Below the pieces are notes generated by a model, which did no database searches, had not been told where the DNA came from, and saw only the letters and a list, made by a program, of their open reading frames with translations. A DNA stretch of 64,000 nt, taken from positions 3,692,366-3,756,365 of the forward strand of contig BFEA01000029.1 of assembly GCA_003427395.1 (NCBI GenBank). Direction: 5' to 3'. The stretch comes from Chara braunii (lineage: Eukaryota > Plantae > Charophyceae). This document shows positions 47,241 through 59,630 of this stretch, in pieces (the first letter of the stretch is position 1; each line of letters begins with the position of its first letter). The position numbers and the translations under genes were made by a program.

Positions 47241-48429
47241 ATATATATATATATATCAGGGGAGATGTATGAGTGGTAAACCTCACTTCACAATTATGGT
47301 GCACCCAGTCAGAATGTCCCAGATGACGACCCAAGTTCATAAGATAATCCACGGCCCAACACCTGTGCCAAAGGAAGAAAAGTCACATACACGCATACAA
47401 ATGCAAACACAGAATGCGCTACAAGCGTCAACCTTTAACCATTCATACCGCATCCCTCACTCCCCAAAACCTTGAAACGACATTTCTTCCTACTCCTGAC
47501 TCCTATTGCCCAGCCCCTTCACTTTTCAAAGACCTATGAGAGTGACTTAGGACATTTCAGGCTTAGACACGGAGGAAGATTCATCCATTCCTTTTATGGG
47601 TTTTGTCTTAGGTGCGGGTATCAAGCCATGTGGAAGTTGAGTTGGAATTCTACCGACCTGTTATCTAATGATAACAAAATTGTAGTTCCTTACGGTTCTC
47701 TTCCCTAATTCTCTCCAAGAGTGATGAAACCTGTAGGCACAACACAGTCCGAAAGAAACTTAACATATTTTTTCCTATGTTGGGGTCTAGAAGATTCCTC
47801 CTAGGTTTGTGACCACGAGATCGACACTCATCGGTGACCCACTGTCTAGCCTCTATCCTTATCTAACTGTCAGGTTGTTGCCCTATTGGTTTAGGTAATG
47901 AATAAAGTTCATTCTCAACTCCTCCAGCTCAGTGATTCTACATAAGTCTCCTTTTAAGATTGTTTACCAAAGTCTCATTCTTGGTTCTTTTTCTTGGCAA
48001 ACACATGCAATATCGTCAATTCATCTTAGAGAAGAATCATATGATAGAAATCAAATCAGAAGTTCCAAGATAGAGTGATAAGTCTCTCAGGGCCAAGGTC
48101 TCACTTATCCTCTCCTTAATAGAATTAGAAGCAGTCTGTTAGTAATCGATTGATCCAATTTCATTGAGAAGGTTAGTAATAATAGGGTAGACCGCTCGGG
48201 ATCTACCCATCTTTTATTGTTGACTGTTTGTGAAAGGGCAGATCTCGAGGGTCTTGCTTCTTCTATTCACTGTCCTGCATTAGATCAAGGCCAGATGGTA
48301 ATAAGGCGGTTTCTCGAAGCCTCGCTCCTCTTACTACCACTTCCTTCATCCATGCGGCTGGGCAATAGGGCAGGCATCTCGGTGCCTTGCTCCTCCTACT
48401 GCAGTTTCGTATTGCAGCACCGCTGGCGG

Positions 48430-48880
48430 GTAATAAGGCAGGTTTCTCGGAGCCTTGCTACTCTCATTACATCGTTCGTGTTATTATTGCGATAAGACAG
48501 GCTTCTCGGAGCGTTGCTACTCTTATCAATGTTCGTGTTATTAGTGTGATAAGGCAGGCTTATCGGAGCCTTGCTACTCTTATCACCGTCCATGTTATTA
48601 ATGTAAGGCAGGCTTCTCGAAGCCGTGCTACTCTTATCACCGTCCGTGTTATTAGTGCGATAAGGTAGGCTTCTCGGAGTCTTGCCACTCTTATCATTGT
48701 TCGTGTTATTAGTGTGATAAGGCAGGCTTCTCGGAGCCTTGCTACTCTTATCATTGTCTGTGTTATTAGTGTGATACGGCAGGCTTCTCGGAGTCTTGCT
48801 ACTCTTATTAATGTTCGTGTTATTAGTGTGATAAGGCAGGTTTCTCAGAGCCTTGCTACTCTTATCACCGTCCGTGTTCG
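48430..48880. repeat. 60-bp tandem minisatellite (~7.5 copies), open on the minus strand (DKSSKAPRSLPYHTNNT repeats)
   Basis: Unit GGCAGGCTTCTCGGAGCCTTGCTACTCTTATCA..GTTCGTGTTATTAGTGTGATAA. ORF 48396-49019. Confidence 0.9.
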
Positions 48881-50689
48881 TTTTTTCGGTGATTCGGTTG
48901 TTGCTTTCGACGTCAATTGAGCCCAGGGTCATTTGGAAGCCTTTAAGATTATGCGTGTAGGTCATACGAGGCTTATACCCCACGTCTTCAACTTGGAGGC
49001 TTGTACCCCACGTCTTCAACTTGTTCGGCTAATCCCCAACTGTGTTAGTTTTATATTTTTTAGAGGATGTAGGGTTAAGTCATTGTGGAACAATAATAAG
49101 TTGATGTAATCCATCATCACAGTATCCGAGCACAACACACACAAATCTTCAATCCTCTGTGAACCCCTTTTATTATTTGTCAGTTGGTCTATTAAGTAAG
49201 GGAAGACTACACGGAGTAGATCCCCTTGTAGCCACATCCCCAAAGAAACATTCATATAGCGAGACAGTTACTCGGAACTTCTTTTTCTTGCTATGTCTTC
49301 CAGCGATAGTTAGTCAAACTCCAATCAAATATCTTTCATACAATCAGTCTCTCCATGGTTATTCTTTCTTTATACAAATATTTTTTTATTTTCCTTGTCT
49401 TAAGTTCAGTTCTGAAGAATTGTTGACTCAAATTATTAGATGCAAAGACAATTACCTGGAGGTTATAGATTAAAGGTTTATGGGTTAGGCAGAAGTGTGC
49501 GTACCTCGTTGTTCCCTGCCTCCAGAGTTCCGCCTGAACTCCGGCAGAGCTCTCGCAATCGCCCTGTCTTTTGTATATGTCTAAGCTGGATGAAAGAGGA
49601 TCTGAGGTCCCTCAAATTAAGACCTTTCCCTCATAGTCACTTGGTATTAACATTTTTTTTTTTGTGTGAGAGGTTTAGACATGAGAGAAGAGTCGAGGGC
49701 GGAGGAAGTAGGTTTCCATTGTGATTCATAATGACTCTCCTTTCCATTTCCAACCCCTTTCTTTCCCTATGTTGCCAGAAGTAATAATAATAATATACCA
49801 ATAAGAATGATAACAATAACAATAACAATAAATAAATAATAATAATAAGAGAATAATCATGATATAATAGCAGCAACAATAATAAATAACACCAAATAAT
49901 AAACGGACAGTGATAGGCTAATGACATTTTAATTTGGACATAAAAGTATCCACATGACTCGGGGCTCATAAATCTGGTCAGAAACACTATCCGATTTAGT
50001 CTTTCTTTGACATAGTTATGGTGCCCAACACTCCAACAGAACCTCATCCCTGATCGCGGTATCCTCAGTAGCTTGTCTGTGCATGCTCACAACACATTCT
50101 CATCCAACTAGGATCTATCCTAGATGCCTTATATACTTACACATACACACTCATCCTCGCACATATGTTTGTTGTTTGTGGTAGCTATGGCCACCCCCTT
50201 TCCTTACCCTGTACCGTAGTCGCGTGCCCAACCGGCATTGATCAGATCCGAGAGCCAGCCTTTCAAAGGCAATATGAAAATAGCACAACGGAAGGCTGCA
50301 ATGCAAAGATCTAACTCATCATGGTCGATGGCGGAACCAGACCGTATACATCATTGCTCAAAAAAAGGGAGAAGCGACGAAGGGCGATAAGGAGGATCAA
50401 CCACAACAGCCTGACGAGCCCGATCCTCAATGTATCTCCCAATGTCGCTGCTTATACCTTGTCAAGTAGTAGTGTCATTGAACTGAGCAACATTCCAACC
50501 TCACGAGTTTCAACGTTCATTCTCTCCCTCTCTCTCTCTCTTTCTATGTTTGTCTGTGGTTTGTCTGTTGTCTACCCTTTTCCTTTTGTGCCTGTTTCCG
50601 TGTGTGTCACAGTGCGCTGTGTGCCTGTGTGTGTCTGCGTGTGTCATAGTGTGCATCACATTGTCATAGCAATTGTGTGGTGTTCACTG

Positions 50690-51180
50690 TGTCTAACTAT
50701 GTCTGTGTCACCGTGTATGTCACAGTCTGTCTCACTGTGTATGTTACAGTTCGTGTCACACCATGTATGTCACAGTTCGTGTCATATAGTGTATGTCACA
50801 GTCCGTGTCACACCATGTTTGTTACGGTTTGTTTGTGTCACACTTGTGTATATCACAGTCCGTGTCACACTGTGTATGTCACAGACCGTGTCACACTTTG
50901 TATGCCACAGTTTGTGTCACACTTCGTATGCAACAGTCCGTGTCACACTTGTGTATGTCACAGNTGTGTATGTCACAGACCGTGTCACACTTTGTATGCC
51001 ACAGTTTGTGTCACACTTCGTATGCAACAGTCCGTGTCACACTTGTGTATGTCACAGTCTGTGTCACACTATGTATGTTACAGTCTGTGTCACACTGTAT
51101 GTCACAGTCCGTGTCACACTTCGTATGCCACAGTCCGTGTTTGTGTGCTCGCGTGTCACTGTGCACAGTGTGCTTGTGAC
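50690..51180. repeat. ~26-bp TGTCACA-rich minisatellite
   Basis: Unit GTGTCACAC(T)TGTGTATGTCACAGTCC is repeated. Confidence 0.9.
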
Positions 51181-52439
51181 TGTGTGTGTTCCACTGCGTA
51201 TCTGTGTGCTTGTCCTTTAGGACTCCACGCGGGCAAGCTCGCTGTCATGCATGCCTGTTGCTAAGACTGTATGTGCGGTTGTCTGTTTGTACATCTGTCT
51301 CTTCTTCCTCTCTTCTTTCCTCTCTTCTTTCCTCTCTCTCTCTCTCTCTCTATCACACGCTTATGCGCACACGCGTTGAAAGACCCCAAAAAAAAACACA
51401 CAGGAGATCAGAGATGCAAAGTCGGGATATGTGCAGCTTTGAATTTCCAACAAATTATCACTTAAATAGTTTTGGAGACCCAGTCATCAAGTGCTAAATA
51501 GCGCAGCATTTAGATACCCAACACCAGTATCCTCGTCCACGGTAGGTGACTCCCTTCTTTCCCTGGCTGCAACTCTCTCTCTTTCTGTCTTTTCTCTCAG
51601 TCTGCCCTTATTGGTTCTATTAATGTCCGCACTCCCCCTCCTTGATGTGCCTGTCTGTATCTGTTTCTGTTTGTGTGTCTATCACTCTCTGTTTGTCTGT
51701 CTGGTTTTGCCCGTCTCTTTTTGTCTGTTCTGTTTGTCGGTCTATCTCTGTCTGTTTCTGTCTTTCTCTTACTCACATATACACACACCGGATTTACGGC
51801 ACAGAGGACAGCGCTGGAGAGATTCGACCCCGAGATCAGTCAGGGGTTCAAGTCCTCCTGACATGCAAACCCTGCAAATGACGATGAGGCGAAATGTCAT
51901 CATACACACCCACGCATACGCACACACATACACACACACAACCTTACGCGTGCACAACGAGTGCACTTGCGGACAAATGCAGATAGTCTGTGTCGTTTTC
52001 GTCAACCAACCTGTTTCTTGTTCTTCCCCGTGCTTGTTCTTTGTTGGCGTGCTTATCTGTCTCTCTCTCTGTGAGTAAGGTTGTGATCAAGCGATCTTGC
52101 ATGTATGTGTGCCCCATGTTTTGCTTGTCGAGTTTTGATGATGTGTGTGCAGGTGCACGTGCGTGTGAGTAATTCTCAGTTTGGCGGGCTCGGGTGGTGT
52201 TATGGACGATTGGCCCGGGGAAATTGTGTTGGAAGTCGCCTCCAATTATAGGAGTGCCACTGATGCTAAGCTCATTTGGCATGATATGAAGGGGACAATC
52301 AACATTCAATATGTTTGGCAGTTGCTCTTCGTGTGGGGAATTTGGTAGTAGCATCGACACGAGAGCCTTAATGTCAGGCGTGCATCTTGGAACTTAGCCT
52401 AGTAGGAGTCCACGTCAAGGTTCACGAGGGAGCTCTTAG

Positions 52440-52938
52440 CAGGGACACACGATCTACTCAGCACTGATCCATGAAAGCATTAACTCACAACCTACGAAGC
52501 ACAAAAGCACTAAGCACGGAACGTGGAGCATCATGCACCGAATTCACCACGAACCCACGATGCATCAAGCACTGAATTCAAGAAACACGAAGCACAGATT
52601 CCGCAATGCTTCACAGAAGCACCAAGCACATAGCACACCAGATTCACAATGCACCTCGTGAAGTTCGCAGCACCAATTCTACGTAGAACATCGGCCTACG
52701 AACCTCAAAGCACCCAAGCACGACCACATACTACGAAGCACCAAAGCGGAAGGACGCGGTCGGTAGTCGGTGCCACCTGCCAGATAACTTCTCTCTACCG
52801 TGCATACTTTGCACGTACATGGTCGAAATCGGAGGTCAGATCAATCTAAAACAGCGATAGTAATACTAATAGTAATAAAAATCAACAACAATCACCAATA
52901 ATGATAATAATAATCACGATAACAATAACAACAACATA

Positions 52939-52986
<48 letters not shown>

Positions 52987-52990
52987 TGTA
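52440..52990. repeat. CACGAAGCAC-type degenerate repeat followed by (AAT)n
   Basis: Many (C/T)ACGAAGCAC and AAGCAC motifs at 52470-52745. AAT run at 52940-52986. Confidence 0.7.
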
Positions 52991-53399
52991 TACTACTTAA
53001 TTTTTTCGGTCCGGTACAGTCAAGATGAGGGTGTGTTGTTTCTCAGAGAACACTGGTTGCCTTCTGTCGTGATCGATTCCCTCTCTTTGCTGACCCATTT
53101 TTCTCCCTCACTTCTTTCCTTCTCGTCATCTCCGCTCTCCTCCTTCCTGTTGTCCGTTCCTTCTCCGTTTTGGCATTTTATCCTCCTTACTTTGCGAGTT
53201 CCTCTTCTCTCCCCCCTTCACGCTACTCCTTTCTCCACCGTGCTCTACCTCATTTCCCACCATTCGCCAACGAGATCGCCTGTATCCTTTCTCTCTCACT
53301 CTCTTTCACATACGCACACACACAAGTTTGAGCGTACGCACACAAACGCACGCAACTGAACAGATAAGTGTGACAATGTAAATGTTGTTGCTCTAGCCA

Positions 53400-53632
53400 T
53401 AGAGTCACCCGACTTCACTCATCTTATCGATGAAAGTAACGTAAGATCGGTCGCGTTGCTCATCTTATCGATGGAAAACTCTCTCTCTCTCATACCCACA
53501 CACACGTATACACACACATATACGCACGCATACACATACACGTGTAGTAGTGTGTAAACCCACGTTCTAGCATTATATTCATTCGATTATGCTCTCCCTA
53601 TCAGAGGAAGTACCGTGAGATGAGCCGTGGAG

Positions 53633-53694
<62 letters not shown>

Positions 53695-54085
53695 CGCACA
53701 TACACATAGCGACCCCGTGGGCGAGCTCAAGCGAAGGCAATGTATAGCTCCATGTCGTAGCGGGAGATTCATTCGAAGTGCCATGAGAACAGCCGCACTC
53801 GGAGCTTACCTTCCTCTCTCTCTCTCTCACACACACATACACACACAAGTATGTAAATACGTAGTAGTGCACTTTCCCTATTTTTGCAGTAGGTTCATTC
53901 GGCGTTGGCTCAACCTATCCTTGGAGGTTGCACGAAGTTACCGCGGTGTCGACACTCTCACACACACACGTTTATACACTCGCACACACACATACACACA
54001 CACGCTCGTGTGGTAGTGTATATTTCCATGTTTTAGCGATACATTCATTCGTTTTTGTTTATCCTATCGATGGAGGCACCACGAG
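53400..54085. repeat. Diverged units interleaved with (CA)n tracts
   Basis: (CA)n-CGT(GT)AGTAGTG...TTCATTCG...CTATC..(T/A)GGA recurs at ~53540, ~53860 and ~54005. Confidence 0.6.
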
Positions 54086-55257
54086 GCCAGTAGTGGGATA
54101 GGAGACCTACCTGTTCCCCTTTTCTCTCTTCGTTACCGACACGAAAGCCCTCCGAGAGAGATGACTTGCTACTCGAACTTCGCCGCAAAATCACTTGTCG
54201 ACCATCAGAGAGTGGCTCGTCTCTCCTACGTGAGCAGAGAACACACCGAATGCATGTGTAGAGAGTCTCTAGTAACTCGCGCACAAGGTCTCGAAGCCCT
54301 CGCCCGAAACTTTGCGGTCGTCGACTGCAACGCCACGTGAGTTCCCTTCCCCCTTTCTCTCTTCTTCCTCTCCTCGTCCTCCCTCTTCTTCGTTTTCTCC
54401 CTCCACCTTCTTCTCTCCCTACTCACGCATTACCTCCTTTGTCTGCATGCGCTACCTCAGAGCCAATCCCCCTTCTGCACATTCTAGCTCGTCCTTCCTT
54501 CATGCTCCATCCTAACTTCGCGCGTCCTTCACGGTGGATCCCACTGCTGGGCGGATCCCGTTCTACTGGGATTTCTTCGGGATTCTCAGTCTCTCACTGA
54601 ATCTGTCCTGAACTTGGGCCAGATTCACGAGAGCAAGTCTAAGAGCATCTAACTACGGGACCCAAAATTGAANNNNNNNNNNNNNNNNNNNNNNNNNNNN
54701 NNNNNNNNNNNNNNNNNNNNNNNNNNNNNNNNNNNNNNNNNNNNNNNNNNNNNNNNNNNNNNNNNNNNNNNNNNNNNNNNNNNNNNNNNNNNNNNNNNNN
54801 NNNNNNNNNNNNNNNNNNNNNNNNNNNNNNNNNNNNNNNNNNNNNNNNNNNNNNNNNNNNNNNNNNNNNNNNNNNNNNNNNNNNNNNNNNNNNNNNNNNN
54901 NNNNNNNNNNNNNNNNNNNNNNNNNNNNNNNNNNNNNNNNNNNNNNNNNNNNNNNNNNNNNNNNNNNNNNNNNNNNNNNNNNNNNNNNNNNNNNNNNNNN
55001 NNNNNNNNNNNNNNNNNNNNNNGACCTTGACTGTATCTAATCCTGTTACTAAGATCGCGGGTTCAAGCCCCGACCGACCAAGCACGGGCTAAAAAGTTGA
55101 AGAGCCCCTTCTAAAAAGGAGCTAGCTCTGGATTCGGCAGATTCATCCCCTATATCTTTCACCTGATAATCCCATGCTTAACCTACTAAACTAGCTCCCA
55201 CTTCAGACAAAATAGGAGCAAGTAGTCATATATGGAATACTAGTAGCTCAACCCTCC

Positions 55258-55727
55258 TAGTGGCCTGGCCCGTTTCTAAATCTGTATTTGTGCATGCTTG
55301 TTAGGCTGTGTACCTGTCTGGGTGCTTGCCAACTTGAGCGCGTGGTGACCAGCAAGGGCATTTGACTCATGGGAGCCCGATGGCCGGTACTTACCCGTAG
55401 CCATGACATTTGATGGTCACGGCGAGGAAAACACTCAAGTGGCAGGTGGGCCGGTACCACACCAAGTAATAGGTAGATGTGCCTGGATATTCGAGGCCGA
55501 GCAAAGTTGGCATTTTGTGTGCCATAGATGTATCCTGACATAACAGTAACCTAATCAACCCCCGACCTTCCCAGTCGAAGGGTACTAGTATCGATCCTAA
55601 CCATCACAACGTGCGTGCTCATACGAGATTCTAAGTTCGGACTGATTCCGCCATGGTGGTCGGTGCAATCGACGCGTCGACTGCAAAATCATGGCCGAAT
55701 ACCCTTGTAAGGGTATTTCGTCCGACA
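55258..55727 (+). repeat. Candidate solo/terminal LTR-like segment
   Basis: Starts TAGT, like the 23381 terminus, and ends TGCAAAATCATGGCCGAATACCCTTGTAAGGGTATTTCGTCCGACA. No TSD found. Confidence 0.35.
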
Positions 55728-58700
55728 ACGCTTTCTGGACTTGGACGATCTTGCACCGGATAACTCCGATCTAAACGAATTCTGGAACGCTCACCAGGCG
55801 CACGGCGAGGTGCCATCGAACGACGATCCACGTCGCATAGCCATCGCAGGTCTGTCGGCAGAAGAGGAATCGAAAGCCATATCAACATCGAAAGAAGAAG
55901 AAGAGGCATCAGCAGCGGAGCCCCAGGGGGGCCCGCCGGCCCGAGCGCCACCTGCTGCACGGGGAGGATCTGCTCTTATCCCCGAAGTCCCTACCGACGC
56001 CGCCAATCGACATGATGGAGCAAAATCCTCCCGTCGGTGCCGCCGCTCCCGCTCACCATCTCCTATCTCCTCCGCCCCCTCCACGCTTTATCCCCGTCTT
56101 CCTCCCCGCACGGGCACTCCGTCCTCGTCCGATCTACCGCCGCCCTTTTGATTCTCTCTCCTTTTCGCCTCTTCCCCACATCGAGTTCCCTCTAACCTAA
56201 TGCATTTTCGCCAACCAGTTTTTCTGCCACCACTTTGCCGTACGACTCTTATGCACAGTCTTCCCTCATCGCTCCCCCTCCTTCCCTCTCAATGTCCTTC
56301 TCTTCAGTGTCGCCTGAGACAATACAACCATATGGAGTTGTACTGCATTCAAGTTATCTCCGAAACCTTTCCCGCAGTAGAAGACTAAAAGTCCCTACAC
56401 GATAATATCCTCCGCACTATCCCTACCCTATATCCCGATTACCTCCTCTCCCTCTCCCGACCTAACCATCGATTCCCTCGAGCGTACCGAATCGTCCACT
56501 TTGTCGATCTCGGTGACCAAGCATCTGATTACTTCCGTCCGCCCCCGGTCGAGTGGCCTAGACCACTCCATAACCCTCTCCCCGTCGACTACCGTCGAAC
56601 GAAGCAGATCCAGGAAAGCTCCGGCACAACCACCGCCGATTAAAGGAGCAGGAAGCTGCACATGACAGAGCTGGATGGTAGAGATCCCGAAAGCCCGTAG
56701 TCGGCAAATTCGTAAAGATATTGCAATTGAAGTTGGCGTCAACATGACCCCCAACTCTATCTGATGCTTATGCAATACTCTGTTTGTTCTAATACGTTGG
56801 GTTCCTCATTCATCTCCTCACCTCCTCCTCCCCCTCCACCATGTAAATTAGCTTTCGTGCATGCAATTAGGAGATCGCACAATTTTGGAACCCCCTGAGT
56901 GTCACATATGTAACGCGCCAGCTTCCAGACCTACGCCATCTTCCAATCCCTCCCCCCCCGTCTCTTTTTCGAATTTTGGTGTTTTTGCAAACAGGCCGAC
57001 AAGGCCTCTTTTTGTATTTCCATGAATTAATGTACATTGTTCATAATCAGAGAGGCCGGTCCTTTTCAGGACCTTCGTCATTTTTTGATTGGTTTTTGGG
57101 AATTTTATCTTTTGCAATTCGGGAAATGCATGGGAATTACGCGTGCCTTAGCGAGGGAGCTAGGAATTTGGATCGGCAGTTAGGAATTTCGGAATGAGCG
57201 AAACTTGAAGTCTCCTTTCTTGTACATGGATGTTCTCGACTTCGTCCGGGAATTTTCATAGGAATTTCAATAGGTATAAGAATTTTTTTCCACGCTCGCT
57301 CTACACGCGGATATCGTACTTGTCAATTTTGAATTAGTTGTAACTGTTTCGGTGCCCTTTTTGCCTTTGCGTCGACGCCATGCATGCGGACCTCCCCTCT
57401 CCGATCCCCTCGCTACCTTCAACACTCTCTTCTTTGCGCTCACTCTCTTTCTTTCTCTGTAACCGTTTTCCATCTCTCCTTCGCCCCGCGCGCCTTTTTC
57501 TCTTTCTTGATCGTCTGAATTTTGGTTTCGTTGCGCGTTATCCCTTGCGCTCTTCTTCTTCCCGCTCTAATCCTCACGCCGAAATACTATGTCGACTCCC
57601 TCTTTCTTCCCTCTAGCCAAGGAGACGCGCCGTGTAAGAAGGAAATTTATGATACACGATGATTTTGATTGGGTACGGCTGGGCGTTGAAGGATCGACAT
57701 GGCTTTTAACAAGCGATTATCCCCGAACTTTCCCCTACCCCTCCCTACCTCAGTCCTAACCCTTCCTAGCGTCTATCTCATTTTCCGCAACTATAAATTC
57801 TGCAAGCGCTCCCGAAAATCTCTCTCTCAACTCATCTGCCAACTTCCGGGAAGCAGTGGCTAAGGGTGTGTGTGAAAGGCGAGTTGAAGAATCCTGACGG
57901 GTTAACTTTAGTCTTGTCGGCTGTGCGCTGGATCGTCTGCCGGATTGTGGGATCCAGGCCAGATTGTGCAGAGACTAAGTTGGCGGGTGACAATGGCTAC
58001 ATTGGATTAGCACGTGACGACCGGGATCGTCAGTGCTTATGAAAGGTTCGAATCGAGAGTTGAGTGAATGTATGGCCTGGGGCCATTGTGGAATCTTATG
58101 GTGGAAGCGCCTTTTTTTTTTGTCCTTCGAGCGTGAGTTCTGATCACTCGGCTTCTTAGCCGGAATTTCCCTTGACAAAATCACTGGACATTCTGTGATG
58201 CTTTCTACTCTTTCCTCCGCTCTAGTCTGCGTCTATTCTACCTCACTCTCTCCTTCTGTTATGTTTGTTATAATGGATGAATTACAATAACTTTGCTTCT
58301 CTCATTGTGTCACTTGTGGAGAAAAGGTTAATCGACCCCCCATTTTTCACCTCAATTTACAAGAAAATCATAAGGTCATCCCAAACAAACTTCACACCAA
58401 TCTATAGAGTGCACTTCTTACTAAGTGGGTCGTATTAGAGAGTTTGTTGTAACACGGTTGAGATGATGATTGGCTGATTGATTGGATGATGTGGCTACTT
58501 AGAGTGTCGAACGGACGATGTATGATTAGAAAGAATTTTTGCTTTGTTGCCATGTAGACTGATTGCCCCAACCCGACCGGGCGCCAACTTCCTGTACCCC
58601 CGGCGCGCCCCTTCCCGTACAATGAGGAAAGGAGACGTGCATGCAAGTGGGACGTACGAGAAGTTGTTGCTAGGATCGGCCGGCGCTACTACTTTCCTCC

Positions 58701-59299
58701 TGAAAATCGGTGTTCGGGATTCGTTAGTGAAGGTTTTGTTATTGTTGATACACACTTTCGACCCTATTCATTGTTGTTGCCATTTAACGAGTTGATCGTC
58801 GTCCCGTGAACGACAATGGAGCCTCGTTGGCCTAACACTCTGTGCAACGATTATCGCCGCTGTCGGGCGCACTCGGCTGGAGCGGCAAACGCTCTCTGCG
58901 ACAAGTCCTGCATAATCCTGCGTGACGCGGCCGGGAGGGTCCCCATGTGGGACCGATGTGCTCGACACCGCTTCAAACATTACCGGGGGTTTTCACTACT
59001 GCACACGTGGCAAGGATGAGCACAAGGAGAGGGCTGCTCGATTGAAACCCTCCACGTCGGATTCGGAGTTATGTACTGAGCGCCGACGAGAAATCTGTAA
59101 ACGGGATACCACGTGTCTACCCGCCCCTTTTCACGGCTCGCTGGGAAGTTTAGCGATACTTTTTGGATTGAATTTCCCATAGGTGCGAGTCCCGCGTGTG
59201 CCTTTTTCTCCCTTAAACCCGCGCGGCGACATACCTCCTTCTTAGTAAGGTTGGACCAACAAGGGGGATTTCAGTTCTGTCTGTGTCCCCACAGTCAAT

Positions 59300-59630
59300 T
59301 TTCCCAAAATCCTTGGCACACCCCATCTTCGTTGTCTTCTTGTGGCCCTTCCGCGAACCAAAACACTTCGATCGGGAAGCAGCGCAGGGCGTGAGGTTGA
59401 GCGTCACATGCGCACAAAAACTGGGCATCTTGAGTACCCGACCATGAAAGTCATGAATTGAGAAACCCCCCTTCCGTCCGAACGCCTTTGTAGTTCTGTC
59501 CTTGGAACCTTGACACAGGAGATCCCAGTTCCGACCTGGGACTCCACCCCACTTTCCTAAAATCCTTGGCACACCCCCTTTTTGTGACTTCCAGGCCCGC
59601 TCCCACTCCGATCAGGAAGTTGCGCTGACC
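59300..59630. repeat. Two diverged direct repeats ~250 bp apart
   Basis: AAAATCCTTGGCACACCCC...CACT.CGATC.GGAAG..GCGC at ~59306 and ~59559. Confidence 0.7.

Noticed and set aside
51838-51866. tRNA T-arm/B-box-like GGTTCAAGTCC (also GGTTCAAGCCC at ~55060)
   Set aside because: No cloverleaf or properly spaced A box is visible. At most SINE debris.
55741-56151. 136-aa acidic/Pro-rich ORF as a host gene
   Set aside because: It starts at a TTG right after an element terminus, is low-complexity and has no domain. Probably a TE ORF fragment.
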